DNA of 58,433 nt from a virus. Taxonomy: Duplodnaviria > Caudoviricetes. Positions 9,343 to 19,273 of the stretch are shown here, one piece after another. Location: positions 1 to 58,433 of IMG/VR virus record IMGVR_UViG_3300025759_008281; one strand, 5' to 3'. Below the pieces are notes generated by a model that saw only the letters and a program-made list of their open reading frames with translations, was not told the DNA's origin and did no database searches. Positions within the stretch are counted from its first letter, which is position 1; the number at the start of each line of letters is the position of its first letter. The position numbers and the translations under genes are program-made.

Positions 9343-10384
9343 CTTTTTTCTTTTTTAAATATTTACGGTATTCAGGTTTTACATGAACCTTAAAGACATA
9401 CAAGTCTCTGTTATGTATACTTATCTGTTTTCTTACTATAGGTTCTAGATATCTAAATGAATCAACATCTAATTTTTCTTCTTTTTCTAAATGAAGTATC
9501 ATGCTTTGTGCAGTGTAATGATAAAGCTTTCCTATATTAGCATTTTCTAACCAATACTGAACATCTTTATCCCTACTAAATCTATACATTTGATTGTATA
9601 TATTTTGTGCAAGTTGCCATAATAAATGGGGGCTCTTATCAGACCTAATAGTAGGTAGGACTTTTGCAACTAAAGAATAGTTCTCTTGGTTATAACTTTG
9701 CATCCATCCAGATATATCATCAACTAATGATTCAGTTAATTCAATTTTGTTAGCAGATTGACATAACATATCATCTACATCAACAACATCTAATTCATTT
9801 GTGTCAACCAGATGTGCTAAATTAATAGCTAATCCGGGTAAAACACATTCATCATAAAGACTTTCAGGATCATCTATTCTATAAGAACTACGAAACTCAT
9901 CCATACGTAAATCCCATAGCACTGATTTTCCAGTTGTTTTATGATACTCATCAACAAATTCCACATAACCATTAGTTCCCGGAAAAGCCTCATAGTTCCA
10001 CAACTTGTACATTGTCATACTTGTAAGGATCTTTTCTCCATCTCTAAACTTTTTATAAAACTCATCATGAGTTATTATAAAGTCAGCTTTTTCATAATCA
10101 TTTGTTACAGTAATCTTATGTTCCTTACAAGCTTCTTTGATTCTATCAGATGATACAGGACACTTAGGAAGTATAAATGCTTTTTTGTAGTTAGATAAAT
10201 CTACAGTAGCATTTGTATTATTTGATAATATGTCTCTAACTTTTTCAAAAATAGTTACATCTTGTGTTATAAGCACATCATGTATTTCATTAGAAGAAAA
10301 AACCCCATAAAAGGGGCTTTCTTCTAAATTAAAATGTTTGAGTGCATCTTGATTATACTCTTGGTATACAGATTTGTTTGCCAT
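9335..10384 (-). CDS. Hypothetical protein with a BRCT-like segment
   Basis: PKCPVSSDRIKEACKEHKITVTNDYEKADFIIT. Confidence 0.6.
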   Translation of the reverse strand: MANKSVYQEYNQDALKHFNLEESPFYGVFSSNEIHDVLITQDVTIFEKVRDILSNNTNATVDLSNYKKAFILPKCPVSSDRIKEACKEHKITVTNDYEKADFIITHDEFYKKFRDGEKILTSMTMYKLWNYEAFPGTNGYVEFVDEYHKTTGKSVLWDLRMDEFRSSYRIDDPESLYDECVLPGLAINLAHLVDTNELDVVDVDDMLCQSANKIELTESLVDDISGWMQSYNQENYSLVAKVLPTIRSDKSPHLLWQLAQNIYNQMYRFSRDKDVQYWLENANIGKLYHYTAQSMILHLEKEEKLDVDSFRYLEPIVRKQISIHNRDLYVFKVHVKPEYRKYLKKKKDD

Positions 10385-10385
10385 C

Positions 10386-11648
10386 TTATTTCATAGTCAT
10401 TTTAATAATCTCTGGCTTCATCATAAGCTTGTTAAACTTAGACTTGTTACCATTAAAAATAGTTCTAACAATCAAGTACTTAAGATCATTAGTAAAGTAA
10501 TCTTTAGTACATAATGCTTCCAATCTATCAGTAATCTTCTGAGTAATTGTATTCTCTTTAGAATATACTACAGAGAAGTTTGCCAACCTTGTTGCCAAAG
10601 TAGATGCAATGTCTGCTCTATAAGTATCTCCAGATCCAATACATCCTTTAAGTTCACCTAAGATGTAGCTCTCATTATCATGACTCAATAAATCTTTAGG
10701 TGTAACTAACTTGTCCAACTTGTTATTAATGAAAGTAGTGAACATAGATGCAAAAGCATCTCCTACAGAACCTTCACCAATCATTTGAATCATAGATAAG
10801 TTATCCTCAAAAGAATCAAAGCTAGATATAGAGTTAAAGAAAGTTGTGATAGATCTTGCATTAGTTTCTTGAGTTACTAACTCAGGGTGTAACAATAAGA
10901 AGTTAATACATCTTGTATCAATCCCAGCACCTTCTGCCCATTGAGCCCATACATTCACATCAAACTTTAGATTTGCAGTGATGTATCTTGTCTTTTGTGC
11001 AGAGTCAATACTATTAACCATATAATCCCCATTGTCTGGGTTTGCAGTTAATATAATATGCCAGTCTTTTGGAAGAGTCCAAGAGATATAAGTTTGTCTA
11101 TCAATCAACTCCATAACAGCTTGAATAAATCTAGTGTCTGCACGGTTCCAGTCATCAAGAAGTAATATACCTCCATCTTTTTTATCTGCTATCCATTCAG
11201 GTGCACAGTAAGACATTCTATTCTTACCAGTCATCTTCCAACCTTGTCTTAAATATTCTTCAACAGCTAGTTCATCAACCCATTGCCCAACTTTTTTTGT
11301 TACAGTAGAGTTAGCAACTTGTGCTGATGCAGCAGCTTTCTGAGCAGCAGTGTAATTAATATCATTGCTTTTAGAAGCTACTTTCTTTTCTTTATACATT
11401 TGAAATTGACGTACAGGGAAACCAACTAAGTCACCAAGTTCTTCAATTTGTGCCAAGTTTAGTTTTACAAAGTTCAACTTATTCTCTTCAGCAAGTTCAA
11501 CAACTGTAGATGTTTTACCAATACCTGATTCACCTACAACCTCAATTGCTACAGGGCCCTTACCATTCTCTTGTAAGAATCTGTTGTTAGTAATAATGTG
11601 ATTTACAAAACCTTTTAAATCTTCAATGTTTAAATTTACTTGTGCCAT
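10386..11648 (-). CDS. MoxR-like AAA+ ATPase
   Basis: Walker A GESGIGKT, GDLVGFP, Walker B ILLLDDWNRA, TANP; adjacent to a VWA gene. Confidence 0.85.
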   Translation of the reverse strand: MAQVNLNIEDLKGFVNHIITNNRFLQENGKGPVAIEVVGESGIGKTSTVVELAEENKLNFVKLNLAQIEELGDLVGFPVRQFQMYKEKKVASKSNDINYTAAQKAAASAQVANSTVTKKVGQWVDELAVEEYLRQGWKMTGKNRMSYCAPEWIADKKDGGILLLDDWNRADTRFIQAVMELIDRQTYISWTLPKDWHIILTANPDNGDYMVNSIDSAQKTRYITANLKFDVNVWAQWAEGAGIDTRCINFLLLHPELVTQETNARSITTFFNSISSFDSFEDNLSMIQMIGEGSVGDAFASMFTTFINNKLDKLVTPKDLLSHDNESYILGELKGCIGSGDTYRADIASTLATRLANFSVVYSKENTITQKITDRLEALCTKDYFTNDLKYLIVRTIFNGNKSKFNKLMMKPEIIKMTMK

Positions 11649-11659
11649 ACTTTTTTTAT

Positions 11660-12820
11660 TTAATTTAATTTGATTTTCTTCCCTGGTAATTCCTCATTAA
11701 TACCTGATATACTACTATGAACCCATAATGTGTTCTTTGGACAGTTATCAGGTGCATAAGCTTCACCATCTGTTAAATATATAAGGGCTGTGTAATGCCC
11801 TTTCTTTTCATTGTAATGATCAACAACAGGTTGAAATGAAGTACCACCTCTACCTTTGATCTCCCAATCTTTCTTTGGGTTAAATTCCTCTATTGAATTT
11901 ATTCTTGTGTCACACTGCACTACTGTTATTTTATGTCCAGTCTTATGCATGTGTGTTAACTCACTCATAAATTCTTGTAGCTCTTGGTTATTTACAGAGC
12001 CTGATGTATCTACACCAACACAGATGTGATTCTTAAACTTGATCTTTAAACCTGGGTTCTCTACATATCTTTTGTTGTACTTTCTTCTTAGCTTCTTAGT
12101 ATAAACTATAGAAGAGTTTCCAACAAATCTTCTGAGATAACCTTTCCAATCAAATTTTGGTGGTTCAACATGTCTAAGTCTTTGAATAAGATCAGCAAGC
12201 TCACCTGGAATATGACCTTGTCTTTTCTCAGTCATCTCTGCTGTATCTTTAAGCTGATGTTCAATTTGTTTTTCAACCAATTTCTTTTCAGCTTCACTTA
12301 AATCATCAAACTCATCCCATGTAGAATGATCATATTCTGTTTCACCATTCATCCTATCTAAAAGGTTATTTAGATTTGGACAAGAACCAGACTGTTGAGC
12401 TTGTTGTAAAGCATCATAATAAGCTTTGGTTCCTGCTCTCTCAGGTAAACTAAGTTCAGGGAATTGGTCTAATGTTAATCCACCTTCAGGTAAATACTTT
12501 GATTCAATATACTGATTGATCTCCAAGTCAGCTGCTATATTAAATAGCTTCTTGTCTGGATAAGCATCACGGATTGTTAAGTGACCAAATGAAATATGTA
12601 ATAGCTCATGCTTTAACAAACCAATTCTATGATCTTCACTAAGACCACCAAAGAATTCAGGGTTAACTGTAAGCTGTACACCTATTCCATTTTGACTAAC
12701 ACCTGCTGTAGGTATAGTTGTTTTATACTCCTTGTTAAGGCCTATTAGAAATAGACCATAAAAAGGTTCTTTAAATATTAAGTTTTTGCTAGTCTTTGCT
12801 AGCTGGTCCTGTACTACCAT
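11660..12820 (-). CDS. DUF2201-type metallopeptidase + VWA domain protein
   Basis: HELLH zincin motif, NIAADLEIN, MIDAS DTSGS, GRGGTSF, YLTDG. Confidence 0.85.
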   Translation of the reverse strand: MVVQDQLAKTSKNLIFKEPFYGLFLIGLNKEYKTTIPTAGVSQNGIGVQLTVNPEFFGGLSEDHRIGLLKHELLHISFGHLTIRDAYPDKKLFNIAADLEINQYIESKYLPEGGLTLDQFPELSLPERAGTKAYYDALQQAQQSGSCPNLNNLLDRMNGETEYDHSTWDEFDDLSEAEKKLVEKQIEHQLKDTAEMTEKRQGHIPGELADLIQRLRHVEPPKFDWKGYLRRFVGNSSIVYTKKLRRKYNKRYVENPGLKIKFKNHICVGVDTSGSVNNQELQEFMSELTHMHKTGHKITVVQCDTRINSIEEFNPKKDWEIKGRGGTSFQPVVDHYNEKKGHYTALIYLTDGEAYAPDNCPKNTLWVHSSISGINEELPGKKIKLN

Positions 12821-13215
12821 ACAATATTTATTTTTACATTGTCAATAAATTCATATGCACCACTAAGTGTTTCATTAAATTCATTCCTTACTACATAATG
12901 AAATATATCTTTCAAGTTGATTTCTGCATCAGGAAAGTTTTTGATTTCTTCATATAGATTTCTATACGTAATATTATCATTAGTATACCAAGAACCTATT
13001 ACACCAAACTTGCTGTTAAATGTATGTCTTCTAGTGAAAGTCAATTCTTTATATAATAACTTTATTATAATGTTCCATTCTTTTGAATCATCTCTAAGGT
13101 TATCAATATTAGACAGTGCTACCTCAAAATCTTCTTCACCAGCAAGCAACATCTTTACAATTTGGCTATACTCCTCTACTGTTAATCCTCTATTTTTAAC
13201 GTCTTTTGCATCCAT
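12814..13215 (-). CDS. Hypothetical protein
   Basis: 133-aa ORF overlapping both neighbours in the operon. Confidence 0.6.
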   Translation of the reverse strand: MDAKDVKNRGLTVEEYSQIVKMLLAGEEDFEVALSNIDNLRDDSKEWNIIIKLLYKELTFTRRHTFNSKFGVIGSWYTNDNITYRNLYEEIKNFPDAEINLKDIFHYVVRNEFNETLSGAYEFIDNVKINIVW

Positions 13216-13529
13216 TCTGGTCTACTTTTATTTGTTAAGTGAATAATCCATTCTTTTGCTGAGGGTATGTAGTTATTACAATCCTCTTTAACATGTTGCT
13301 CTCCAACATATCTTGTATATACAGTTTTACCAACTGAATTAGTAAAACTTACTCCAAATACTTTTTCTGCTTCAAAAATTCCTTCAGAGTGATGACGGTA
13401 AAGCCTATGGTTAGAGTGTCCTAACCATGCTTTTGTTTCATCAAACCATTCATGAATATGAATATAGTCTTCAATCTCACCACCCCACTTTTTAACAGAA
13501 CTCTTAGCATGAATTCTTGGGTGAGCCAT
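13182..13529 (-). CDS. DUF6915-like His-rich protein
   Basis: MAHPRIHAKSSVKKWGG...IHEWFDETK...HRLYRHHSEGIF...GEQHVKED. Confidence 0.65.
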   Translation of the reverse strand: MAHPRIHAKSSVKKWGGEIEDYIHIHEWFDETKAWLGHSNHRLYRHHSEGIFEAEKVFGVSFTNSVGKTVYTRYVGEQHVKEDCNNYIPSAKEWIIHLTNKSRPEWMQKTLKIED

Positions 13530-13879
13530 TATTGAAATAAAGGTTCTACTGGAAAGTCTGCTTCTTGTACAGTACGTTGATAGTATTCTACATAAGAAGT
13601 AAGGTTGATTACATCAATATATAAATATCCATAACCACCTTCATTGTTAACCCAATCACCTATTGTATGAACTTTATTGTTAATCATTGTATAACAAGCA
13701 TTACCAAGTTTATCTTCATCTTCATTAGATAAACCATTTTCTACACTTTTTTCTGCTTCATCATAGTGTTCAATCCATTGGATATCACCATCATCTCCAG
13801 AACCATCAAAATGTACTGTAACTTTTGCTACACCAAGATCTTTAAGTTTTGTTATTAATGCTATGTCTTTTATTTCCAT
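13529..13879 (-). CDS. DUF6878-like acidic protein
   Basis: VHFDGSGDDGDI...DWVNNEGGYG. Confidence 0.6.
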   Translation of the reverse strand: MEIKDIALITKLKDLGVAKVTVHFDGSGDDGDIQWIEHYDEAEKSVENGLSNEDEDKLGNACYTMINNKVHTIGDWVNNEGGYGYLYIDVINLTSYVEYYQRTVQEADFPVEPLFQ

Positions 13880-14252
13880 CTTTCAAAATTTCTATGTACA
13901 CTCCCGGATTTTTTTTATCATAACTGTAATGCTCAAACACGGGAATAATAAAATCAGCATTATCATCTTCAATCCAACCTGCTTTAACCATATCATCTTG
14001 TACAGTTTGTGCTGGATTTATATAGTCAAACTTATGTCTACTTCCTCTAATGAAAGTAAACCCTATTTTAACTGGGGTTTGGTACTTTTCAAACTCTTTT
14101 TTAAATGCCTTAGCATGTTTAGTATAGTGGTCTTTAGTATTTTTTCTGTAAGTCATTACTGTCTTACTAGAAATAAAATACTTTCCAGTCCATCTTCTAC
14201 CATTCTTACTACTAGGGACATTAAAAGGTATAAACCATTTAGTCTTTGCCAT
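13842..14252 (-). CDS. RusA-like Holliday junction resolvase
   Basis: VPSSKN...FDYINP...VQDDMVKAGWIEDDN...PGVYIEI. Confidence 0.7.
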   Translation of the reverse strand: MAKTKWFIPFNVPSSKNGRRWTGKYFISSKTVMTYRKNTKDHYTKHAKAFKKEFEKYQTPVKIGFTFIRGSRHKFDYINPAQTVQDDMVKAGWIEDDNADFIIPVFEHYSYDKKNPGVYIEILKDGNKRHSINNKT

Positions 14253-15243
14253 TGTATCTATTTAAATAATGTTTTAATTTGGGACCAAGCTCTTTATGCA
14301 CCTCTTGGATACCATGTTCTGAGACAGCATCTGATATATCCTTACATATAGAAAGACAAAAACCACTGATATTATATGTATTCTCATATACTTCAATAGC
14401 TTTCTTGCCTGCCTCATCATTATCAAACAACGTTATAATGTTCTTGTATTTATTTTTAAGATTCTCTATAACATAAGGTTTGATAATAGTATTCTCACTG
14501 TTAGGTGCAATAACTTCTAACTTGTAACCAAAACTTCTTAAACACATAGCATCTTTTAAAGATGAACATATTACCAAATAATCAGGCTCATAAGTTAGTT
14601 GGTCCAACCCTTGAATGTAAGGTTTAGTATTATAAAACTTTTGCTTCTTACTACCTGGACTATATATTTTATACACTTCACCAGTGTGATCATAGTATCC
14701 ATAGGTTAAAGGAGATCTAGCTTTAAATGTTTCTACCTTACCATCTATTTCTTTTGATAAGGAATAGTATTCAATGGGTCTAACATTATACTTATCTAAA
14801 AGACTACTACCAATATTATAAGACATCCAGTAGTCAGCATCTTTTTTCTGCCAACCTCTGTTCTGTATATAGTCTAGTTTCCATTTGGGTTGTACAACTA
14901 TTTTTGAATCCTTACTAACACTATTAGTCTTTAGATAATTATTATAATCATCTATCATTTTATCAATAGCAATGTTATAAGGAATGTTAAATAGTTCTTG
15001 TATCAAACTAATTTTACCACCATACTTACCTGTTGAAAAGTCTTTGTACATATATTGCATCTTAGTTTTATCAACAAAAATGCAGAAACTTGGTGTTCTT
15101 TCTGATGGATTAAAGATTGATTTAATCTTTATATCCTGACCAGTTAACTCTTCAGATAAGTTTAAGTAATATTTAAAAACCCAATAACTTGGTACACTTG
15201 ATTCATCTATTACAATTTTTTTTGTGCTTAACATATTTATCAA
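14239..15243 (-). CDS. DNA primase (TOPRIM)
   Basis: ERTPSF...YKDFSTG N-terminal domain; TOPRIM LFDNDEAG and KDISD. Confidence 0.8.
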   Translation of the reverse strand: MINMLSTKKIVIDESSVPSYWVFKYYLNLSEELTGQDIKIKSIFNPSERTPSFCIFVDKTKMQYMYKDFSTGKYGGKISLIQELFNIPYNIAIDKMIDDYNNYLKTNSVSKDSKIVVQPKWKLDYIQNRGWQKKDADYWMSYNIGSSLLDKYNVRPIEYYSLSKEIDGKVETFKARSPLTYGYYDHTGEVYKIYSPGSKKQKFYNTKPYIQGLDQLTYEPDYLVICSSLKDAMCLRSFGYKLEVIAPNSENTIIKPYVIENLKNKYKNIITLFDNDEAGKKAIEVYENTYNISGFCLSICKDISDAVSEHGIQEVHKELGPKLKHYLNRYNGKD

Positions 15244-15253
15244 TCAATAAAGT

Positions 15254-15279
15254 AAAAAAGGAGAGCTTATGCTCTCCTT
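15254..15279 (-). terminator. Intrinsic terminator
   Basis: Minus strand reads GGAGAGC-ATAA-GCTCTCC-TTTTTT. Confidence 0.75.
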
Positions 15280-15301
15280 AAATTACTCTATTATATTTAG
15301 A

Positions 15302-15985
15302 TTACAAATCAAAATCATCACCTACACTTGTTCCAGCTGTTTCAAAAGGAACACTAGTATCAGTAGTTGTATTATTAGTTTTGTTTTGTAATTCTCTAAC
15401 ATGCTCAGCTTTGTTGAATGTCAACAATCTAGAGTTTTCAGTGTTAGCAGCTTCCATAGGAACTCCATCCTTAGATGGTCTTGGGAAGTATAAGTCATAA
15501 TTCACATAACCTTCTTTATTTTCCCATTCTCTACCACCAACACAAGCATTAAAGTAACCTGTTCCAGAGAACAAACTATTACATGCTTTCATAAAGTCCT
15601 CAATAGTCTCTGCTTCAATTAAATCTAAATCAGATCTTAAACCAAGAACTTCAGACAAAGTAATCATAGCTTTCATGATCTCTGTGTCTCTATTTACTAC
15701 TCTACCACTTGGCAATGTAGCATCTTTATATGCATAAGGGGACATTCTAATTCTTCCTACTTGCCCTTCATATCTTTCACCATTAGGATCATTTACATTC
15801 TTAAGGAAACCTGTAAAGTCTCCTTTAACTGGTTCACTTTCACAATGTAGTGTAACATTATAAGCTTCTGTATCATATGGTGTTTGATCCATAGTGATAG
15901 CATTGATCTTAATTAATTGGTTACCTACTCCTAAAACTGGTTTCACTTTTCCTGCTCCTGCAGACATGTCTTTAGTACTTAACAT
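15302..15985 (-). CDS. Putative ssDNA-binding protein
   Basis: Lies between the Sak4-like ATPase and primase and has an acidic tail (GDDFDL). Function is inferred. Confidence 0.45.
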   Translation of the reverse strand: MLSTKDMSAGAGKVKPVLGVGNQLIKINAITMDQTPYDTEAYNVTLHCESEPVKGDFTGFLKNVNDPNGERYEGQVGRIRMSPYAYKDATLPSGRVVNRDTEIMKAMITLSEVLGLRSDLDLIEAETIEDFMKACNSLFSGTGYFNACVGGREWENKEGYVNYDLYFPRPSKDGVPMEAANTENSRLLTFNKAEHVRELQNKTNNTTTDTSVPFETAGTSVGDDFDL

Positions 15986-16018
15986 ACACTTTCTTTTTTT
16001 TGGTTAAACATTAAAAAA

Positions 16019-16702
16019 TTATTCTTCATACTTCAATATACAATCTTTAACATACTGAAGATCATTTGGGATTGTAAGATCTTCAAACATTCCCATTGGT
16101 GATTTACAGGTATTCTCTCCATTAGTTTGAGTTTCAAACACATATTCAAGACTACCATCTTCTTGCTTGATAGCTTTACCAAACAAAACTATAGAAAATA
16201 AGCCCTCCAAAGTTAATGCATTATCTATCATTTTACCAACAGTTTTTGCTTTAACTTTTCTATGACCATTAATATCAGTTGAATCTTCTGAATGAGTTAA
16301 GAAAAAGATGTATAAGTCTTCCCTCAAATCTTTTGGCATCTTTGCTACTTGTGCTAAGTTAGAAGCAATTTGGGTAAACTTATCATAACCTTTCTCATTA
16401 GCTCTATCAAAATATTCAAAGCTAGACATATACTGCCAATCATCAATAACAATGTTTGTGATGTGTGGCATTTTATCATTAACATGTTTCAAGGCTTTTA
16501 CAATACCAACAGAACTTGAAGTTGATGTCAAGTTACCATTAGGATTATCTTTACCTATTTGCTTATACTTACCCTTCCATCCTTTGAATGGTAAAGGTTT
16601 ATTAGCAATGTTTATAATGAAGGTTTCTTCAGGGTTTAAGTTTCTGATTGAGGTTGATTTACCTGAACCAGACTCTGCAATTATTAACGTGCTTTGTGCC
16701 AT
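16019..16702 (-). CDS. AAA_24 / Sak4-like ATPase
   Basis: AESGSGKST, KPLPF, IVIDDWQY, FFLTH, KTVGKMID, KSPMGMF. Confidence 0.8.
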   Translation of the reverse strand: MAQSTLIIAESGSGKSTSIRNLNPEETFIINIANKPLPFKGWKGKYKQIGKDNPNGNLTSTSSSVGIVKALKHVNDKMPHITNIVIDDWQYMSSFEYFDRANEKGYDKFTQIASNLAQVAKMPKDLREDLYIFFLTHSEDSTDINGHRKVKAKTVGKMIDNALTLEGLFSIVLFGKAIKQEDGSLEYVFETQTNGENTCKSPMGMFEDLTIPNDLQYVKDCILKYEE

Positions 16703-16703
16703 A

Positions 16704-17240
16704 TTATAATTTTTTCTCTAATATATTTGCTATTCTATCTATTGACTTAGTTAATCTCTCTATTGAGGCAACTACAGTCATCTCTTTTTCATCCGGGTTA
16801 GGAATATCATTAAGATCTAACTGAATGTTTATAATGTCTTCTTTGACTTTGTGTGTTATATCTTTGAGTGCTTTTAACTCAGATACAGGAATAAGATGTG
16901 TTTGAAAACCACTACGGCTTTCATGTACTTCATACTCCTCATCCCAGAATGGATTAAACTTAATGTAATACAAAGTTCTCTTTGGATCTTCACATTCATA
17001 ATCCATGCTAACAAACTCCGTGTAGATGTCTTGTTCTTTTTTCAACTCACTAGGAAAGAATGAAACATGTAGTTCATCTTTACCACTTGGTCTAAAAGCC
17101 ATCTTAGGAATGTATAATGCATCTTCTAGATTATTTTTTTTAAAATAATCCTCATGCTCTTTTCTAAGTTCTGCTACTTTTGCTTTACGTTCTGCAGGTG
17201 TCATAAAACTTTTTTTTTCAACTTGTTTAGTATTAATCAT
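16704..17240 (-). CDS. Hypothetical protein
   Basis: 178-aa ORF in the replication operon. Confidence 0.7.
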   Translation of the reverse strand: MINTKQVEKKSFMTPAERKAKVAELRKEHEDYFKKNNLEDALYIPKMAFRPSGKDELHVSFFPSELKKEQDIYTEFVSMDYECEDPKRTLYYIKFNPFWDEEYEVHESRSGFQTHLIPVSELKALKDITHKVKEDIINIQLDLNDIPNPDEKEMTVVASIERLTKSIDRIANILEKKL

Positions 17241-17250
17241 ATCTAACTAT

Positions 17251-18204
17251 TTATCTACTTGCTTGTGCTGGTGTTGGCATTTCTGCAATCTGCATCTTCT
17301 CAAACTCTGCTTTGAAAAAACTCATTCTAGCATCACCATTACGTGCTTTAAGAAAGTGCAAACACAATGTTCTATCATTCTCAATAATATATCTATCAGG
17401 ACCATAAAACCTTATCTTCTGTTTTGCAGGACGGTTAATACCAATTAATGTATCAGCATGTTGTAACATAGCATCTGAACCAAAGATATCTGATTCAAGA
17501 ATATAGTTACCATACTTACCATTAACTGCTCTATCAGGGTTATCAATATTCCTATTCAACTGTGATAGTGCAATAAATAAACAAGGATAATCACGTTTTA
17601 CTTGTGTAAAGAACTCACCTAACTCAAACAACATATCTAATCTATTAGTTTGATATGGTGCTCTCTTAACAAGTATGGTATGATCTAATGTAATAATTGT
17701 TTTCTTACCTTTATGTTCATTCATGTATGCATCTATCTGTTCCCTCATTTGGTTAACAGTCATAGGTGTACTGATTATATCAACAGGATGCTTGATTCTT
17801 TCTTTAGCATACTGATGACATGTATTTATAACATCATTAGTTATCTTACCACCAGCTGAACATAACTCTTTGTATGTCTTACCAGTAATAGAACTAAATT
17901 CTCTGATTGCAGAAGTTCTTCCAACCATCTCAAACTGAAACTCAAGAACTCTGAAATCATCATCAGGATTTAGAATAAAAGATTCTCTTACAATTTGATC
18001 TTTAATTAATGTTTTACCTGAACCAGGTCTACCACCAATTACAGTAAGAGTATTCCACTCCAATCCATCTGTTGTAGCCTCATTAAACTTTGGCCACGGA
18101 GTATATATAGACTTTTCTTCACCAGTCTGTCTTTTCTGCATGTATTTCAATGCCTCATTAAATGCATTGTATTGACCAGCCCAAGCCTTTTGAAATTTAC
18201 TCAT
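17251..18204 (-). CDS. dnaB: DnaB-like replicative helicase (C-terminal ATPase domain)
   Basis: GGRPGSGKT, FEM, LSQLNR, SDIFGSDAMLQHAD, KARNG. Confidence 0.85.
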   Translation of the reverse strand: MSKFQKAWAGQYNAFNEALKYMQKRQTGEEKSIYTPWPKFNEATTDGLEWNTLTVIGGRPGSGKTLIKDQIVRESFILNPDDDFRVLEFQFEMVGRTSAIREFSSITGKTYKELCSAGGKITNDVINTCHQYAKERIKHPVDIISTPMTVNQMREQIDAYMNEHKGKKTIITLDHTILVKRAPYQTNRLDMLFELGEFFTQVKRDYPCLFIALSQLNRNIDNPDRAVNGKYGNYILESDIFGSDAMLQHADTLIGINRPAKQKIRFYGPDRYIIENDRTLCLHFLKARNGDARMSFFKAEFEKMQIAEMPTPAQASR

Positions 18205-18782
18205 ACAACTTTTTCTTTAAAATGAAAGTTTTCATCAGGCTCTATACCATCTCTAACCATATCACAATAGTCTGCAAGCTTTGAGGTTTTAACCTTATGC
18301 TTATCTTGTTTTGCTATTGTATACTGACTATTCTGCATATATTCCCAGTTAACTGCTCTATACTGTGTAATATACATGTTAATAGCTTTATGAACTTCTT
18401 CCCATGTATAATCAAACTCATCAAAGAACCATCTAAAGTTCTCTGTCAATATTTTTACATTGTTTCTAGCAGGTACACCAGAAGGTAACTTGCCAGGAGG
18501 AAAAGACTCTCTGTATTTTTTTACATTTTCTACATAATCTTTACCCATTAAATCACTAGCTGTTTTCTTTTTAGCTTTAATAAAGTAATTATCTAAACTT
18601 CTCATTAGCTTCTTGCCATGATCAGTTATCTTTGAGTCTTTGTAAAAACCTTGGTCAATTAAATTAACCATGTCTTCCTCTAAGTATGTTGAAGGTCTAA
18701 CACCTTCTTTAAGTGAATACAACAACAAACATTGGTTTGGTGTTATATTATTCTTCAGTATTTTCTGTAGTAGATCCCACAT
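18201..18782 (-). CDS. Hypothetical protein, possibly a replication initiator or helicase partner
   Basis: Overlaps dnaB by 4 nt. Function inferred from position only. Confidence 0.5.
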   Translation of the reverse strand: MWDLLQKILKNNITPNQCLLLYSLKEGVRPSTYLEEDMVNLIDQGFYKDSKITDHGKKLMRSLDNYFIKAKKKTASDLMGKDYVENVKKYRESFPPGKLPSGVPARNNVKILTENFRWFFDEFDYTWEEVHKAINMYITQYRAVNWEYMQNSQYTIAKQDKHKVKTSKLADYCDMVRDGIEPDENFHFKEKVV

Positions 18783-19215
18783 CTTTAAAATTTAAATTAT
18801 AATACTCCGTTAATAATGTAAAAGCTCTAAAAAATCCTGGATCTTTAGAGTAAAGGAAATCATTTCCTGTTTTTCTGCTGTGTATTGCTGTAGCATGATT
18901 AATTCCTAAGAATCTACCTACCTCTGTTACACCAAGGTTATAGGAACAAATTGCAATATACCTAAATGCATGTTTGTAATTCATTACAGCCTTAACCCTT
19001 GTAGGAATATTTTCTGTAAAGTAATGTTGTAATTCAGGATTATTTCTTTGAACTACTTTAATTAAACCATTATATAGATCATCCAAAGTAATAGGTCTAT
19101 CACTGCTTTCAACTAATTTATAACTAAGAATTAAATCATACTTATATTTCTCACGTAATTCTACCTCAAGTGCTTTTATATCTGCATAGAGTTTTGAATG
19201 AAGTTTTGCATTCAT
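18748..19215 (-). CDS. DnaA C-terminal HTH-like DNA-binding protein
   Basis: LGVTEVGRFLGINHATAIHS resembles the DnaA domain IV motif IG..F..DHTTV.H. Confidence 0.6.
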   Translation of the reverse strand: MNAKLHSKLYADIKALEVELREKYKYDLILSYKLVESSDRPITLDDLYNGLIKVVQRNNPELQHYFTENIPTRVKAVMNYKHAFRYIAICSYNLGVTEVGRFLGINHATAIHSRKTGNDFLYSKDPGFFRAFTLLTEYYNLNFKDVGSTTENTEE

Positions 19216-19257
19216 AACTTGTTGGTTTTTAATGTATTAAGAATAATGCTGACCTTA

Positions 19258-19265
19258 CAAAGATA
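19258..19265 (-). promoter_or_regulatory. TAnnTTTG -7 element
   Basis: TATCTTTG in the gap upstream of the ORF starting at 19215. Confidence 0.5.
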
Positions 19266-19273
19266 GCAATAAA

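Noticed and set aside
3700-18488. Short + strand ORFs in the track (3700, 5152, 8150, 9941, 12917, 13863, 14279, 16452, 17263, 18297)
   Set aside because: They are antisense shadows of well-supported minus-strand genes and have no recognisable motifs.
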